A DNA stretch of 64,000 nucleotides from Paraspadella gotoi (taxonomy: Eukaryota; Animalia; Chaetognatha). The stretch spans positions 12,203,866 to 12,267,865 of the forward strand of contig CM119265.1 of the NCBI GenBank assembly GCA_051294375.1, written 5' to 3'. The notes beneath the pieces are model-generated. The model made no database searches and was not told where the DNA came from. It worked only from the letters and a program-made list of their open reading frames with translations. Numbering within the stretch: the first letter of the stretch is position 1; each line of letters begins with the position of its first letter. A program made the translations under genes and the position numbers. Of the stretch, positions 12,357 through 27,800 are shown piece after piece.

Positions 12357-12699
12357 AACGGCGGTGGAACGAGAATTTTTTCTTTCAGATCCGTTTTTGA
12401 ATATCTTTATTTAACTTTTAAATCATAAAACTGAATCATTAACAAATTTAATAACAGGGGAACACCTTTCGTTGATTTCGAAGAATCCCGAAATTTTGAG
12501 GCTCTGACGGATAAAATTCTACATCCATCGAATTTTTTTTTTTCCTAAAATCTAAATCTACGAAAAGAAAAAAAAAAGAAAGCAGAGCCAACACTTTCTC
12601 TTTTTTTTTGGTCTCTCGCGTTCAGCACCACGATTTTCCCTTCTCGCCCTTCGTTTTCGTCGTGGTAGTAGTCACCTTCTTAGCCGAAAATCCATCAAC

Positions 12700-12700
<1 letters not shown>

Positions 12701-12758
<58 letters not shown>
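12701..12758. repeat. (TCG)n trinucleotide microsatellite
   Basis: Direct tcgtcgtcg run. Confidence 0.95.
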
Positions 12759-12759
<1 letters not shown>

Positions 12760-13142
12760 TCCCCTAATCGACAAAAACAACAACGAGGACAGCAACATCA
12801 GTGAATCGTAGTGAACGGATGTCGCGTCGACTATTTTCTTCTTTTTTTTTAGTTTTTACTTTTCACTCGATCTACTTTTTAAAAATTAAACGCGTCTAGA
12901 GACGATCGTCGAGTTTGTTTCTTTTTTTTCTCTCTTTTATTGTGTATTTTTCGTGACGTTTTTTATACTAGATGAATGGTTTTTACCTTCCGGCATCGGA
13001 TGTCACCATTGTAGGTCGAACTGTATTTATTTTGACGATGTCGCATTGTTCTTGTCGGCGGCGGCGGCGGCGGCGGCGGGCGGATTTCACTGTCACCCAA
13101 AGAACAGCACTACTTTTTGAGTTCTCGAGTTGTCTGAGTTCT

Positions 13143-13236
<94 letters not shown>

Positions 13237-13392
13237 CAATGAATAGGAATGGTGATTGGTTTTCAGGATTTCTCCAAGGAAACTCCGATCGATTTTGAGT
13301 CGACAATAATTAGTATTTGTTATTGTAGGAGAAATATTGAATTACTGGTAGAAGAAATAAACAAAGAAATAAATAAAAAAAATAAAGAAATA

Positions 13393-13460
<68 letters not shown>

Positions 13461-13461
13461 A
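13393..13461. repeat. (AAAG)n tetranucleotide microsatellite
   Basis: Direct aaag run. Confidence 0.95.
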
Positions 13462-14685
13462 GGAAAAAAAAAACCAAAGAAATAAAAAAAAGCCGTAAAT
13501 CGAACTTCATCGGAGGTAAAGGGATTCCGTCTTTTTTTTTCTTTTTTCGTAAACCCTTTAAATCCATACCCGAAGCATTAAAACTTTTTTCTCCTCTTCG
13601 AAATTTCTTTTAGTTTTCGTTCTTAATCTTTTTTTAAACCGGCCGATCATCGTCAACTTTCCCCGTCAACGTAAAACGTAAAAAAAAATATAAAACGAAA
13701 ATTTTACATTCATTTCACTATTTTTTTTTCTCTTAAATTCGCCTTTTTTTTTAGCCAAACGTCTTTTTTTCTATTGCCTCGTCGTTCCAGTTTTTTTTTT
13801 TTTTTTTAACCTATAAATTTCGTTATTGTTGTTGTTGATTTAGTTTCATTGTTTTTGCCTAATGTTTCTCGTTCGGCACTTCTGCGCCATTATAATTTCT
13901 TAGTAGGAGTCGCTGGAATTGAACCAATTAAACGCGGTTTATGACTTCTTTTTTTTTTTAACTCAAGATCTTCTAAATTGCGTTTGGAGTAATATCTGCC
14001 ATAGTTATAACCGCCTCTATTTTGACGACGTTTTTTTTTGTGGGCTCGGCAAATATAAGAACCGAATGTTGTGTGACGCTGACGGTTTTATTTACAATCT
14101 TTCGAGTTTAATTGTTAAATCTCGTCATAATGTTCGCGCGAACGTTTGAAAGGAGATGGGGGGTAAGGCTACGAGAGGCGGCAGCTGGATTGAGAATTGT
14201 TTATAAACTAGACTGATAATTTTAAGCTTTAACAGCTATCATAATTTTTTGTTAGTTTAAAAAGTTGCAAGCGAAACAACTCCATGCTACTATTATTAAC
14301 ATTTAAAAGCTTATATGTACGAAACTCATTATTGTCAAACGAGTTCTCAATTTATACATCCCTATTTTTTAAAGTTGAACTCAATCATTTTGAAGAAACA
14401 TAAGGGGTTATTACCACCAAAAAAAAATTACGTATCGGTCAAAAACATTTTGTTTTGGGGCATAAAAACCTATAAAATATTTAGGAACTAATACTTTTTT
14501 AAACACTGCATTCCGCCTCAATCGCCGAGAGTCGATTTTTAAGTTTTTAACGAGAGAGGATTCAAGGCTAAATGCGAGCCTCGCCAAAAATTCGCTCCCC
14601 TTCGTCTACATCACGGATTGAAAAATATCGATTAATTATTTAGATCTACATTTGAGTCCCAGTTTGACAACCTTGGCTAGATCGA

Positions 14686-14723
<38 letters not shown>

Positions 14724-14727
14724 CTCT

Positions 14728-14790
<63 letters not shown>

Positions 14791-15110
14791 CTTGCGCCAT
14801 AGAAAATAATGTTATATCGGATCATGACAGCGAATCGTTACTCTAGATAAACGGATGATAAAGATCTAGGCAACGAAGAGATTGAGAGAGACAGCGAAAA
14901 ATAAAAACGATACCTCTCTCTACCTCTCTCTCTATATGTGTTTTTCTCTCTCCCTCTCTCCCTCTCTCTCTCTCAGTGACTCTTCGGCGAATATATCGGT
15001 TAACGATTCTTCGCTTAATCTATTCTTCTGCTTGTACGATCAGGGGTAGAGCCAGCGAGAGAGAGAGAGAGAGAGGAGGAGGAGGGCGAGGAGGGACGGG
15101 GAGAGAGTTG

Positions 15111-15198
<88 letters not shown>

Positions 15199-15434
15199 GA
15201 AAGAAACAGAAAACGAAATCAGGCGCGGACCCTAACGACAGTTCCCCTTCTAATATATCTTTCTTTATTCGCTAATGAGACTTTTCGACTTGTCGAGTCT
15301 CTCAACTCAAATCGAGTTTTTAATTATATTCGCTCCGAAAGTTATATCGTTCGACATCCTAAAAGCTTATTGTCGTTTAATGGAAAAGGTTAATGATCTC
15401 TAATTGTCGAAATTCTCGCAATATTAAGTCTCTC

Positions 15435-15581
<147 letters not shown>

Positions 15582-16313
15582 GTAAAGCAATATGGCGCTG
15601 GGAGGTTTTTTTTTCCTACCTTCACTTTTCGCACCGCCAAAGAAAAACCTTAGAAAAAAGTTATGACAGTTAAAAGAAAAATTAAAAAAAGAAAAAACCG
15701 AGGAAAAGATTTTTGGGTCTAAAGATCGACGTTAACGATCGAAAGGATCGAGCCTCGCCTCCGGAATCCCCGGGGCGCAAACCTTGCAAAGACGGAAGCG
15801 TATACTTTGTTACGGGATTGTCTTTTTCCACGGCTGCGACGGCAGCAGCGTTAACCGCAGGGAGCAGCGGCAGCTGCGACGGCGAGCGACGATGATTTTT
15901 TTTTATTCCTTCTCAAACTCTCACACGTTCAAATTCTTTCTTTAAGACGATCTTGTATGAATTTTTAGAGGCATCATTATCTAATCTAATCTAATCCAAT
16001 TAATCAATTAAGTTTTTTTTTCTAAAACCCTTTATACAATGGATATTTTTGTTAATTTTTTCTTAGCGTTGAAATGTCGAATAAACATTGAACAAGCGTC
16101 GAAAAAACATAATGAAAAGAGGCTAAAACGAATCAACGAGAAAAACGGAAAAATTCCCTTAAAAAAAAACAAAACAAAAAAGAAACAAAAAAGCAATAAA
16201 CAACTTTTCGCGTTTCCCACCCTTCGGCCTCCTTTGCTTCTCACAAACAACGAAAGAAAAAAAAATATCGTCTACCTTCCACTTGAAATAATTTATAACT
16301 TCTCTCTTCTTCT

Positions 16314-16380
<67 letters not shown>

Positions 16381-16634
16381 TAGAGCTATTTTCTTCCAAG
16401 CGCTTATTTTTTATTTTCCCCTTTTAACGAGGGAGAGAGAGAGAGGAGAGAGGAGAGCGTAAAGGAAAAACAATAAAAAGCACTGGATTGCAATTTGAAC
16501 GCGATAAATTGAAAGTTGAGAACATTTATTTCGATCGCGTTTTACTACTTTAAACTTTTTAGAGGAGATTAGATTCCAAAACAATTTCTCGAGGCGGCCG
16601 CCCCGTACAAATAAAAAAAACGAGGACGCGCCCG

Positions 16635-16659
16635 NNNNNNNNNNNNNNNNNNNNNNNNN
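16635..16659. other. Assembly gap (25 N)
   Basis: Run of 25 n. Confidence 1.
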
Positions 16660-16669
16660 CCCGGTTCGT

Positions 16670-16747
<78 letters not shown>

Positions 16748-17156
16748 CCGCGCCACGAAAAATCCGCGCTCGTTTCCTTTTTGAACTCTTCTGCGTCCGA
16801 TCGAACGCGGAGACAAAAAGACGAAAAGACAACAAAACAAATATTTTTTTAAACAATAAAAAAACATCCTTAGAATCTCGGCCAATAAACCGTAACTTGT
16901 TTTCGATATATAACCCAAGTATTTTATTTTTTACTTCTAAATAGAACCCTTCTCTCTCTTTCTCTCTCTCTTGTGGATCTGGTCTATTCTACATTCAAAC
17001 CCCTCTTCTCCTTCATGAATTTAACTGCTTCATTATCTCGCACCGGTGCCGCTCCGTAGAGCCGATTAATGTAACGATAATGTTCGTATTGTTTACATTA
17101 CTTAGAGCGTAGATCCAAAGTTATGAAAAATAAAAAATGTTATTTCCTCTGTAGAT

Positions 17157-17238
<82 letters not shown>

Positions 17239-17308
17239 CGCGTCCAGAGCGATACATTTTAGAGTCGACGGAGTTTTTCTCTAAACTGAAGGACGCCTGC
17301 TTTTATTA

Positions 17309-17378
<70 letters not shown>

Positions 17379-17460
17379 CTCTCTCTAAGAAAGTATGTGA
17401 ACCACGGTTAGCGAAATATATTTTGCTGAATATATTTGCCACAATCACCAAAAAACTTCT

Positions 17461-20400
17461 TTGGGACAACAACACGACAACAACAACAACCTTAACGACT
17501 CTTAACTTTACCTAAATCGTTGGACCTTACGACTTAAGGTAAAATAGTTTACATTGACACTAATTCGTTCGACTCTTATTGTGTATTTTTACTATTGTCT
17601 TTTCTCTTTTTGTTGATTGTCGTTTTCTCTTCTTGAAAATATTTTGATCGATTACATGTTGTAATAAATCTCGTGAACGTCTTCTTATTTCTTCTTTAAA
17701 TTTCCTATCAAGTCATTTACCAAAGTGGTCAAGCCCGACGGAAAACCAAGCAAAAGAACACTGCAAACCTTCTATCAAAATCAACTATTAAAGACTGCTC
17801 TCTTCACGAATCTCTAACGGCCCATCACATGGAAGATGCGCGCTCGTAGGGCATCCGCCGCCGCAGGTCGCGTCGCGTACTCCCCTTAGACGCCCGCCGG
17901 ACATGTGTGACACTCTTGGCGGGCCCACCCGCTAGGCGCCTTCCGCCCCCTGATGCCTGGACCCCGGGCGCTGATCTCCACATGACAAAACCTTGTCGCC
18001 GGGCGCCGAAAACCGTCTTCGCTTGGCCACCTCGAGTTGCTCTCCAAAGCTGCTCTGGCCCCAATCACCATTGGCCTTCAATCCCTTCCGCGAAAGAGAA
18101 GTCACACGATTCCTAGGCGCAGGACTTCCGCAAGGCAACTGCCGTCGCCTCGCCCGGTGCAACGGCAACCCAAAAAACGCCCTCGCCTAGAAAATACCGG
18201 CGGGACGCCGCGTCTGTCCCAGGGCGCCGCCGCTGCTCCTTCCATGCCCTGCCAACTGGGAACTTCCCCAGTTGTTCAAATGCCTGGAACGCCGGGTAGC
18301 TTGCCGCCCCAAATCCACATCGCGCCGCGCTTCTCGCGCGCCACCCAAAACTGTTCAGCTGCCAACCCGCGAGTCTATGGATAACATCGGTAACGCTAAT
18401 TCAACCTTCCAACTTTCCAGATGCCCCCGCCCGCCACCCTCCTCCCGCACCCACGCAGCGCCAAAGCTTACCCCACCGTTTGATCCAGCCAAGTGCAGAT
18501 CTGGATGTAGCTGCTTCAGATAAGCGGCGTTTTGGCCGTCGCTTGCCTCGACGACACCCACGCCAAAGCTTAGTCATGTTTCGCGACTAATCCCTTCTGA
18601 GCATCAGTTCACTTATCAATCGAGCACTCTACCAACCTGGCCGTCGCCCTCATTCGAGACTGTTCCAAAGAAAGGCTTTATCTCACCTCTTTGGTGAGAA
18701 GAAGGAGGCAACTCGCGGCGCCGCGCTCTCACAAACCCCAACCTCTCAATGACGAACCCACTCTTCAGTCTCCCACCATATTGGAATCCGACTTTTCCGT
18801 TGAACTCGACATGCAAACTCTCTTCAAAGAAATGTGTGCACAACGCCCCTCCTCCTCATGTAAAGAAGCCGTTGCCCATTACTACTCAAAACTCCCTCAA
18901 GATTAGCTGCTGAAGCGCTGACGCGTTTTACGACACACGCGGTTATATCTCGTGTTGTCAAACCTCCCTAACAGCTCAATCACCTCGGTGCATGCCGTGT
19001 ATGGCCGACACCGGAAACCGCGAGGACCACGACGACGACGATAACTTCCCCACGCTCTATACGCCTGAATATGTGCCATTGTGCCTTCAGGCTCGTTCAT
19101 ACTTCTGCTCAACGACCGAAGCTGACCGCATCAACAGCCCTCAATTGGCAACAGATGCCCGAAAATCCAGCAAACGCTCCAGCGGCACAACTCTGCTGAG
19201 TTCACTTGGCAATTTTGGAGCATGAGGCCAGGAGAAAAGTGTCGCAACCATGCGCCGGAGGAAAAGGAACGCGCGGCCGGAAAGTAAGGCCAGCTGCCGC
19301 CGGCGGAAATCGAAAACCTAGCTTCACGTCCGCTGATAACGCACAACGGCCTCACAGTGCTTAGTGGATTACGGCGGCGCCAGCGTCTCTCTCGTGCGCC
19401 AAACTCTGCCAGAGCGAAACATGGGACCAACGCGCACACCGGCCCCTCCATGCCGCCAAACGGGGTCTCCCATTCCATGTTATGGCCACCGAAGAGATGA
19501 CCGATTCGATTAGGGTCACGCCCAAATTCACATGGGATTTCGTTTATCGCAGATGTCTCTACGCCCACTAGGAAAACGATGCTTCCCTGATGGAAGTACG
19601 ACCTCCGCGCCTTTTCCCGAAAATGAAAGTTGGGTCGACTGCAAAAGATTTTTCCACTGTCGCAGGAGAAAATTCGCAAAAGGGCGCCCCATTTCTGGTA
19701 AACACCGTTCACAATGTTACACCCACATGCTCGTATGCAACGGCCAGGACGACAACGCCCTCCTTGCGACAACCATCCAACCCCCAAACCACGGAGTTAA
19801 ACATTCATACCTATCGGACCAGGGACCACCATTTTTCACGCACAAGCCCGCCGAATTTAGCCCCAGACAGCTCGCCGGCGGTAAAAGCCGAGTTTGAAAG
19901 CTGGAGAAGCTGGCATTCATCATGCGAAGAGTCGAGTGCTTTGGCTTCTCCCCTCATTGTCGTATAAAGAAGCACCGATTGGCCAGCCTGCTGAGCATGC
20001 GTACTATCGGGTCTCACACTGTCACCAAAGATGACCCATACGCCAATAAGGCAACTCGCCGAACTTCAACGCCGACAGATTGCGGGTAAAAAGTCTTGTT
20101 CAAAAATTGATCTTTTTCAAGACGTACCATCAAATCCCCGCTCTCCACCAGCTCACGTTAAGAAGACGGCCATCATCACCACCATTGGATCATGGAATAC
20201 CTCCGCACCCATTCGGCTCAAAAAAGCAGCCAGAGGATTTCCAACGCCATGATGGATGCAATCCTGCAGGGCCATCCCTCATTGTTTGTATACTTAGACG
20301 AACATTCTCGTCGCTTCCGCATCCACAGGAGCTAACAATAAGAGGATTGTCAAACGAGTCTTCGATGCCTCGAAAAAATAACGCCTCATAGTGGAACAGG

Positions 20401-23050
20401 GCAAAGTTGTGTTTTTGGGCGCCTCATTCAGCTGGAGTCCTTGGATACCAAGTTGATGCCCGCGGAGGTAAAAGCATTGCCATCTCGCTTTGGCTGACAT
20501 CCGCAATTCTTCCGACCCAACGACCATTAAGAGAACTCCAGCGTCTTCCTCGGGAGTCCTGAACTGATTAGCAGACGTTCATGCGCCATCATGCCCACAC
20601 CCTCGAGCCCCTCCTACGGACTCACTCCGAGGCAAAGCCAAAACGACTGCAATGGACAGAAAACTCATGACGCGGGCATTCAGGCAGCCAAAAACCTCCT
20701 CGGCCAGACGCCACCCTTCCTTTTTGCACCCAATCGACGGCGCGCCGCTTGCCCTAACGTCGATGCTTCTCTCTCTGCCATTGGTCGCAGTGCTCGGCAG
20801 GCCATTGGATGCGCAGTTGAAACCACTGGGGTTCTTTTCTTCCCATCTCTCGAGGCTCGCACGTACGCCGGTGGCCACCGTTTGACCGCATTCTGCAGAC
20901 ACTATATCGCGCGGTTCGCCATTCGCCCGGCACATTCTGGAAAGGACGCCCTGTCTCCTTGTGCTGTTTTCCGACTCCACAACAGTTTAGTCCCCGCCAA
21001 TTCGCAAAAAAACTGGGCTCATACAATGAGACCAAACGTATCAGGCTGGCGGCCATAAGCGGAAATAATACAACAATGTGCGCTACATATAGAGGCGCAA
21101 AGACGAATAATGGTTGTTGCTGATGCCCTCTCGCGCCCTCCACTTTCCACCTGCCGGCAGCACCCACTCTGGAGGGCTTACCAATCAACTCAATCACAAG
21201 ACACGGCAATCGATTTACTGCTTTGTGCGGGCGGGCACTCAAATCAATGACCCTGATACACATCGCCTGTCTCGCAGACGCCACATACCTCTTTGCGTTT
21301 CCAAAATGTCAAGGTTGATAGGTGCCAACAATTAACTCTGCGACGTCAGTAGTGGTCCGGGCGCGTCCGCTGTGGTACGCCCAACACCTGCGTCGAAAAA
21401 TTTTCGACGCAATTCATGGTCTTCTCATCCGGGGTTAAAGAGCAACAAAAAGCTTGCTCTTCTGACATGCCGATCTCACATGGCCCGCGGCCAAAACCGG
21501 ACATAGCAGAATGGACACCGCTCCTGCCATCACTTGCCAGAGGTCAAAGTCACAACACCGTCCAAGCTTCCACTGCAACAATTCAAAACCCAGAGCGCTG
21601 TTCATTGAGCACGTCCAATATTGGATCTGGTGGGTACCTACTTACCAGCATCAGCAGCCACACCCACCTTTTAACTTGCATTGACGCGTCAACCCGTTGG
21701 CCAGGCTATCCCCATACGCGAGCACCCTTCACACTGCCACTGAGTTGCTGCTGCTTTCCCTCCAAAATTGGATTTCACGTTCTTGGGGATTCCAGCTACA
21801 AGTCACTACTGATCGTGGATAACAATTACGTCCGAAACTGACCCAACTTTCAGAAATGGTTGGCTATCAACTTGCACAACACAGTACATCCCCAGTCAAA
21901 CGGAATGATAGAGAGATGGCCAAGAGACACTTACAGAAAAGCATCCCTAAAAGCTCGCTGCGACGGCGCCGCAGCAGACAATTGACATCACAACTTTCCT
22001 TGCGGTTTGCTGCTTGCCCTCTCGAAAACAACCCCATAAGAGGGACATTGGATGCCTCGCCGGCTGAACTTAGTTATGGGTGAAGCACTCACAATCCCAG
22101 GCAGAGCACTTGGCCCCATCTCACCCAAAGCAGATACGCGATGCACGAACGAGCTGAAGATGCTGCAAAATCTAGAACTGAAGTCGCTCTTAATGGGACC
22201 CACCTCCAGTTCTGCTCACTCTCTTACCAACAACAAGAATCCAAAACTCTCTGTGAAAATGCAGAATTTGTTTTCCTTAAAACGTCCGGCACAATGCTAT
22301 GGGAGCATTTGCAGGCATACCCTATGTAGGTCCATTCCGAGTCATCCAAAGAGGGCCAACGAACTTTGACTCTTGGACATTCCTGGACGCGGACCCGACC
22401 CACAGTCACAATGACAGAGTCCAAAACCCAGCTGCCAGCGATCAACAAACACCACCAATGAACCACCCCAACGCTCCAAAAAGAGAGGCCGACCACGCAA
22501 ACAACCCTTCCACTTTACAAGATTCCATCACCCATCAAAAAAAACTCGTACCACTGGAATCACGAGTCTCCAAACCAACGGCCCGCCCTCACACTGACCA
22601 CGATTGCATCCGACGACCACTGCACAGGGTCTGCTCCTACTCGGATTCAACCACCAAAGCAGTTTGAAACAACTTTTCCCTCTACAGCACCTTGTTCCCA
22701 CCGGACGTAAGATATGAGCCACAAAGCATTCAAACCCTGGCCACCAATGAAGATGCTGACAGCCTTGGGGGGGATATTTGTGACAAACCAAAACGACAAC
22801 AACAAATAACCTTACACGGACTCTTAATACTACCTAAATCGTTGTGACCTACCGACTTTAGGTCAAATAGTTAATTGACCACTAGATTCGTTTCGACTCT
22901 TATTGTTTTTTTACTATTGTCTTTTCTCTTCTTTGTATTGTTCCGTTTTTCTCTCTGAAAATGATTTTGACAATTACATGTGTGTAAATAAATTCGTGAA
23001 ACGGTCTTTCTTATTTTCTTCTTTTAAATTCCTATCAAGTCATCTACCAA
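17461..23050 (+). mobile_element. Ty3/Gypsy LTR retrotransposon (Mag-like gag-pol), copy 1, heavily frameshifted
   Basis: ~270 bp LTRs at ~17461-17723 and ~22778-23050, PBS-like tggtcaagcccgacg after 5' LTR, polypurine tract ggggggga before 3' LTR; fragments of gag (PKL.PFDPA), protease region (LHAANGVS), RT (FSKIDL..AYHQ, HVKKTAIIT, FGLK.A, YLD), RNase H (VDASLSAIG, KPLGFFS, VADALSR), integrase (HLLTCIDASTRWP) and GPY/F (PYVGPFRVIQRG) in PR-RT-RH-IN order. Confidence 0.93.
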
Positions 23051-24568
23051 AATTCTGTATTTTTAGGGGTTGTATTCTTCAATTAAATAAAATAACACGT
23101 GCACCATGTCCTTCGCATTTAAAATTCATCCTTACATCTTAAATATCAAGTACAAACCGAACGCCGATGTCAAAAAAATTTGTTAATTTCTTCTAAAGTA
23201 AAATCCAAACGGACTTTGAGCAATTTCTAAAATCACCGATTGCATATAAATTCGACGAAAATTAGACATATTTCGATAAACACGAATCGAAAAATCTTAA
23301 AACTAAAACACCCTGAGATAAATTATAATCTCGACCCAACCGAATATCTTGAATGCTTTCATTCCTTCGCCAAAAAACAAAACTATTCTGCGCACATCTT
23401 GACTCGCGACAAAATTATTTTTAAAAATAATTAGAATATTAAAGACCAAAAATCTAAATAATATACAAAGAATTCTACCCATTACAGAAGCTCGTTTTCT
23501 TCAGAATCCATATAGTTACAACCGAGAACGCGTAAATTATATACGATAGGTCAACCTTATAGGCTGTTTTTTAATTTTCTGAGTCATCTCCGGAGACGAA
23601 CGACTCTTTGAAGGTCTCTTCTTTTTAAACTCCAAGATTTTAATTGTGAGAGTAACGTTTTTTTTTTTCCCTTTGATTGGGTAACAAGTTGAAAAATCTA
23701 TCGGCCCGGTTAAGCTTACCCACGATGAATTCATATAACTAGTAGTGAACTGAGCAGTAACAACAGTATTCTCCCGATTGCGTCGATGTGGCGCTCATGA
23801 ATTAAATCTCTACAATCAATTCTTTACTCGCCTACTATTGTAACTATATCTTCACAACCCGTGCGTGTTGTCTACATTTGAACACAAAACTCTACAATAT
23901 GTTCATTTAATTAAGTAACAGTTACCTGTAGGTGTTTTGATATTAAGAATGTGTTGTTGTGCGGCACAAAACAACATTTAGCTAGGGTAAAAAGACACGA
24001 AGAAGGAAAGTCGAGAGAAAAGTCGAGTTCTACATGTCATAGACGGTCGAGTGATGTATATCGAGGAGAGAGAGGGGGACGACTGACTAGTTCTGGACGC
24101 ATTATTTCAAGAACGAATCGAAATGATGTGAAATCTCTCTCTCTCTCTCTCTCTCGCCCGCGCCACGAAATCCGCGCTCGTTTCCTTTTTGAACTCTTCT
24201 GCGTCCGATCGAACGCGGAGACAAAAAGACGAAAAGACAACAAAAACCAAATATTTTTTTAAACAATAAAAAAACATCCTTAGAATCTCGGCCAATAAAC
24301 CGTAACTTGTTTTCGATATATAACCCAAGTATTTTATTTTTTACTTCTAAATAGAACCCTTCTCTCTCTTTCTCTCTCTCTTGTGGATCTGGTCTATCTA
24401 CATTCAAACCCCTCTTCTCCCTTCATGAATTTAACTGCCTTCATTATCTCGCCACCGGTGCCGCTCCGTAGAGCCGATTAATGTAACGATAATGTTCGTA
24501 TTGTTTACATTACTTAGAGCGTAGATCCAAAGTTATGAAAAATAAAAAATGTTATTTCCTCTGTAGAT

Positions 24569-24663
<95 letters not shown>

Positions 24664-24735
24664 GGCGCGTCCAGAGCGATACATTTTAGAGTCGACGGAG
24701 TTTTTCTCTAAACTGAAGGACGCCTGCTTTTATTA

Positions 24736-24801
<66 letters not shown>

Positions 24802-24888
24802 TCTCCCTCTCTCTAAGAAAGTATGTGAACCACGTTAGCGAAATATATTTTGCTGAATATATTTGCCAACAATCACCAAAAAACTTCT

Positions 24889-27800
24889 TTTGGTGACAAC
24901 AACACGACAACAACAACAACCTTAACGACTTTCTTAACTTTAACCTAAATCGTTGGACCTACGACTTAAGGTCAAATAGTTAATTGACCACTAGATTCGT
25001 TTGACTCTTATTGTTATTTTTACTATTGTCTTTTCTCTTTTTGTTGATTGTCGGTTTTCTCTTCTGAAAATATTTTGATCGATTACATGTTGTAATAAAT
25101 CTCGCTGAACGTCTTCTTATTTTCTTCTTTATAAATTCCTATCAAGTCATTTACCAAAGTGGTCAAGCCCGACGAAAACCAAGCAAAAGAACACTGCAAA
25201 CCTCTATCAAAATCAATTTAAAGACTGCTCTCTTCACGAATTCTCTACGGCCCATCGACATGGAAGAGCGCGCTCCGTAGTGGCATCCGCGCCGCGGTCG
25301 CGTCGCGTAGCTCCCCAAACGCCCCCGGACATGTTGGACACTCTGGCGGGCCCACCCGCTAGGCGCCTTTCCGCCCCCTTGATGCCTGGACCCCGGCGCT
25401 GATCTCCACATGACAAAACCTTGTCGCCGGGCGCCGAAAACCGTCTCGCTTGGCCACCTCGACGTGCTCCTCCAAAGCGGCTCTGGCCCCAATCACCATT
25501 GGCCTTCAATCCCTTCCGCGAAAGGAAGTCAACAGCGATCTAGGCGACAGACTTCCGCAAGGCACTGCCTGTCGCCTCGCCCGGTCAACGGCACCAAAAA
25601 CGCCTCTCGCCTAGAAAATACCGGCGGACGACGCCGCGTCTGTCCCAGGGCGCCGCGCTCTCCTTCCATGCCTGCCAACTGGAACTTCCCAGTGTTCAAT
25701 ATGCCTGGAACGCCGGGTACTTGCCGCCCCACATCCACATCGCGCCGTCGCTTCGCGCGCCACCCAAAACTGTTCAGCTGCCCCAACCCGCGAGTACTAT
25801 GGATAACATCGGAACCGCTAATTCAACCTTCCAACTTTCCCAGTATGCCCCCGCTCCCCACACCTCCCCCGCACCCACGCAGCGCCAAAGCTCCCCACCG
25901 TTTGATCCAGCCAATGCAGATCTGGATAGCTGCTTCAGAAAGCGGGCGTTTGGCGTCGCTTGCCTCGACGACACCCACGCCAAAGCTAGTCATGTTTCGG
26001 CGACTAATCCCTTCTGAGCATCAGTTTTTTCAACTTATCTCTGAGGCCTGCTTACCAACCTGCCGTCGCCCTTCATTCGAGACTGTCCAAAGAAAGGCTT
26101 TATCTCACCTCTTTGGGAGGAAGAAGAGGCAACTCGCGGCCCGCGCTGCTCACAAACCCCCAACCTCTCAATGACGCAACCCTCTCAGTCCCCACCATAT
26201 TGGAATCGACCTTTTCCGCTGAACTCGACATGCAAACTCTCTTCAAAGAAATGTGTGCAAACGCCCCTTCCTCCTCATGTAAAGAAGCCTGTTGCCCATT
26301 ACTACGTCAAAACTCCCTCAAAGATTAGCTGCTGAACGCGCTGAACGCGTTATTACGACACACCGCGGTTAATCTCGTGTGCTCAAACCTTCCTAACAGC
26401 TCCAATCACCTCGGTGCATGCCGTGTATGGCCGACACCGGAAACCAGCGAGGACCACGACGACGACGATAACTCCCCACGCTCTATACGCTTGAATATGG
26501 CCATTGGTGCCTCAGGCTCGTTCATCTGCTGCTCAACGACCGAAGCGGCCGCATCAACAGCCCTCAATGGCACGATGCCCGAAAATCCAGCAACGCTCCA
26601 CGGCACAACTCTGCTGAGTTCACTTGGCAATTTTGGAGATGAGGCCAGGAGCAAAGTGTCGCAACCAGCGCCGGGGAAAAGGAGATCGCGCGGCCGGAAA
26701 GTAAGGCAGCGCCGCCGGCGAAATCGAAACCTAGCTTCCACGTCCGCGGATAACGCCAACGGCCTCACAGGCTTAGTGGATTACGGGGCGGCGCCAGCGT
26801 CTCTCTCGTCGTCTCAAACTCTGCCAGAGCGAAACATGGGACCAACACGCCACCGGCCCCTCCATGCCGCCAACGGGGTCTCCCTTCCATGTTTGGCCAC
26901 CGAAGGATGACGATTTCGATTAGGTCGGACGCCAAATTCACATGGGATTTCGTTTATCGCAGATGTCTCTACGCGCCCTAGGAAAACGATCTTCCTGATG
27001 GAGACGACCTCCGCGCCTTTTCCCGAAAAATGAAGAGTGTGTGGTCGACTGGGCAAAGATTTTTCCACTTGTCGCACGGAGAAAATTCGCAAAGGGCGCC
27101 CCGATTCTGGTAACACACCGTTCACAATGTTACACCCAACTGCTCGATGCACGCAGGGACACAACGCACCTCCTTGCGACCCATCCAACCCCCAAACCAC
27201 GGAGTTGAACATTCATACCTACGGCAGGGACACATTTTTTTTCACGCACAAGCCCGCGAATTTAGCCCCAGACAAGCTCGCCGGCGGTTAAAAGCCGAGT
27301 TTGAAAGCTGGAGACAGCTTGGCATTCATCAGGCGAAGAGTCGAGTGCTTGTGGCTTCTCCCTCATTGTCGTTAAAGAAGCACCGATTGGCCAGCCTGCT
27401 GGCATGCCCGTACTATCGGGTCGTCACACTGTCACAAAGATGACCGATACGCCAATAAGCACGACTCGCCGAACTTCAACGCCGAGCAGATTGCGGGTAA
27501 AAAGGTCTTTTCAAAAATTGATCTTTTTTCAAGCGTACCATCAAAATCCCCGCCTCCACCCAGCTCACGTTAAGAAGACGGCCATCATCACACCATTGGA
27601 TCATGGGAATACCTCCGCACCCATTCGGCTCAAAAAAGCAGCACGGAGGATTTCCAGACGCCATGATGGATGCAATCCCTGCAGGCCATCCCTCATGTGT
27701 TTGTATACTTAGACGAAATCTCGTCGCTTCCGCATCCACAGGAGCTAACAATAGAGAGGATTGTCAACGAGTCTTCGAATGCCTCGAAAAAATAACGCCT

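Noticed and set aside
13975-13995. Partial similarity to miR-219 (tccaaacgcaatt on minus strand)
   Set aside because: Seed region differs and no hairpin partner nearby.
13900-14020. tRNA-like 3' half on minus strand (ggttcaattccagcgactcctacta)
   Set aside because: No matching acceptor 5' strand or D-arm; T-stem pairs poorly.
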